A program made the translations under genes and the position numbers. From assembly GCA_002104945.1 (NCBI GenBank), contig MCFH01000002.1, forward strand, positions 1,426,001 to 1,490,000: a DNA stretch of 64,000 bases, given 5' to 3'. Below are positions 62,649-64,000 of this stretch, piece by piece; positions within the stretch are counted from its first letter, which is position 1, and each line of letters begins with the position of its first letter. The notes under the pieces were generated by a model. That model saw nothing but the letters and a program-made list of their open reading frames with translations. It did no database searches and was not told the origin of the DNA. This DNA comes from Piromyces finnis finn (Eukaryota > Fungi > Neocallimastigomycota).

Positions 62649-64000
62649 TTAAAAGTATTTTTCTTCATAGTTTGGTTCATTTAATTTATATAAATCACCA
62701 ACATCCATTTCATGTAAACCTTCACTACCATTGACAATTGGGTATACAATTTCACTTTGGTCAACATCAACAATTAATACAATAGATTTAGTTGGATGAT
62801 CCCAGTTAAGGAATTTCTTTAAATCTTTGGTGAGTGTAGCTTTATTAGAAGTATGAATAGTTTCAGCATCCATAGCTTCACAAAGTTCCTTAAAGTTAGG
62901 GTTGGTCATAAGAGTTTGATTATAGCGTTCATTATAATATTTTTCTTGCATTTGTCTTACCATACCTTGAGAAGCATTATTCATGATGATGACCTTGATT
63001 GGAATTCCATATTGTTTGGCAGTAATCATTTCTTGACCTGTCATAGAGAAGGAAGAATCTCCATCAATATCAATAACCATCTTTTCTGGATTACCTAATT
63101 TGACACCAAGAGCAGCAGGAACACCAAATCCCATAGTACCAAGGGCACCACTACTAACAATGGATTTTGGATATTTCCAACGGTAGAATTGAGCTGTCCA
63201 CATTTGATGTTGACCAACACCAGTAGTGATAATAATGTCCTTTTTTATTCTTTCAGTTAATCTATTTAATTCTTCAATAACATGTTGTGGCTTGATAGTT
63301 TTATCATCTGGACTAGAACGATTATAGGTAAATGCGTACTTTTTCTTCCATTCTTGAATTTGATTATTCCATTGCTTGTGTGGATGACTTTGAATTAAAG
63401 GTAATAATTTTTTAATATTTTCAGTAACATCACCTTCTACAGCTTCGGTAACTTGAACCTTTTTATTAATATTTTTTGGTTGAATTTCAAATTGAATAAT
63501 ACCACCATATCCTCTTTTTTCAGCTTTTCTAGCACCTAAACAGTAGAGGTCGGTATTAGCTGTTGCTCTTTCATCCATACGAGAACCTAATACAATAACA
63601 ACATCAGCAGCTTGAATAGCTAAATTACCGTATACACTACCATGCATACCAATCATATGAAGTGCCATTGGATCATTTTCATTAAAACAACCAAGACCTT
63701 GGAAGGATGTAGCTACTGGAATATTAGCCTTTCTAGATAATAATTTTAAATATTTTGGACCTTCTGGGTGATTTAAAATACCAGCACCAGCAATAATAAC
63801 TGGACGTTCAGCATTATTAATCATGGTAGCAGCATTTTCAATACATTTTTTTAATTCAGCTTCTGGATTAGAACTGAAGAGGTATGGTTCAACTGGTGGG
63901 AAATTTAAGCCATAATAATCTGTAATTTCTTTTTTTAAAATACCACTACTAATATCTTTTGGAATATCTAAAAGAACTGGACCTGGACGGCCAGTGGTTG
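62649..64000 (-). CDS. ILV2: Acetolactate synthase catalytic subunit (partial, 5' end outside window)
   Basis: The frame is open to the window edge (TTGRPGPVLLDIPKD). Motifs RPVIIAGAG, MIGMHGS, TGVGQHQMWTAQF, SGALGTMGFGVPAALG and the ThDP motif GDSSF..N. Confidence 0.95.
   Translation of the reverse strand, partial: TTGRPGPVLLDIPKDISSGILKKEITDYYGLNFPPVEPYLFSSNPEAELKKCIENAATMINNAERPVIIAGAGILNHPEGPKYLKLLSRKANIPVATSFQGLGCFNENDPMALHMIGMHGSVYGNLAIQAADVVIVLGSRMDERATANTDLYCLGARKAEKRGYGGIIQFEIQPKNINKKVQVTEAVEGDVTENIKKLLPLIQSHPHKQWNNQIQEWKKKYAFTYNRSSPDDKTIKPQHVIEELNRLTERIKKDIIITTGVGQHQMWTAQFYRWKYPKSIVSSGALGTMGFGVPAALGVKLGNPEKMVIDIDGDSSFSMTGQEMITAKQYGIPIKVIIMNNASQGMVRQMQEKYYNERYNQTLMTNPNFKELCEAMDAETIHTSNKATLTKDLKKFLNWDHPTKSIVLIVDVDQSEIVYPIVNGSEGLHEMDVGDLYKLNEPNYEEKYF

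Overview
Extremely AT-rich eukaryotic genomic DNA with short GT-AG introns, homopolymer tracts and (TTA)n/(TTTA)n microsatellites. This is consistent with an anaerobic gut fungus (Neocallimastigomycota; inferred from composition, intron style and gene content). From left to right: (1) about 5 kb of gene-free AT-rich DNA. (2) A cluster of 4 intact copies and 1 decayed copy of a 105-150 nt GC-richer element with compensatory base changes, a candidate undescribed structured RNA (5222-6420). (3) A large inverted repeat (arms about 7571-10596 and 11302-15850, spacer about 705 bp) carrying two divergently transcribed, intronless genes. Each encodes a His/Gly/Cys-rich repeat protein ending in an Hsp20/alpha-crystallin-like domain. 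(4) A 5'-truncated non-LTR retrotransposon remnant. (5) A 1426-aa low-complexity orphan ORF. (6) A helical-repeat protein with a Cys-rich tail. (7) Rho1. (8) A 10-exon, ~2190-aa type I membrane protein with five choice-of-anchor-A-like domains, a Thr-rich stalk and a cytoplasmic tail with two NPLY motifs. (9) NudE. (10) An Osh3-like oxysterol-binding protein. (11) A pinin-domain protein. (12) An intronless bacterial-type cysteine synthase. (13) The 3' part of acetolactate synthase. Exon structures were worked out by hand from splice consensus and frame continuity. No database searches were run.
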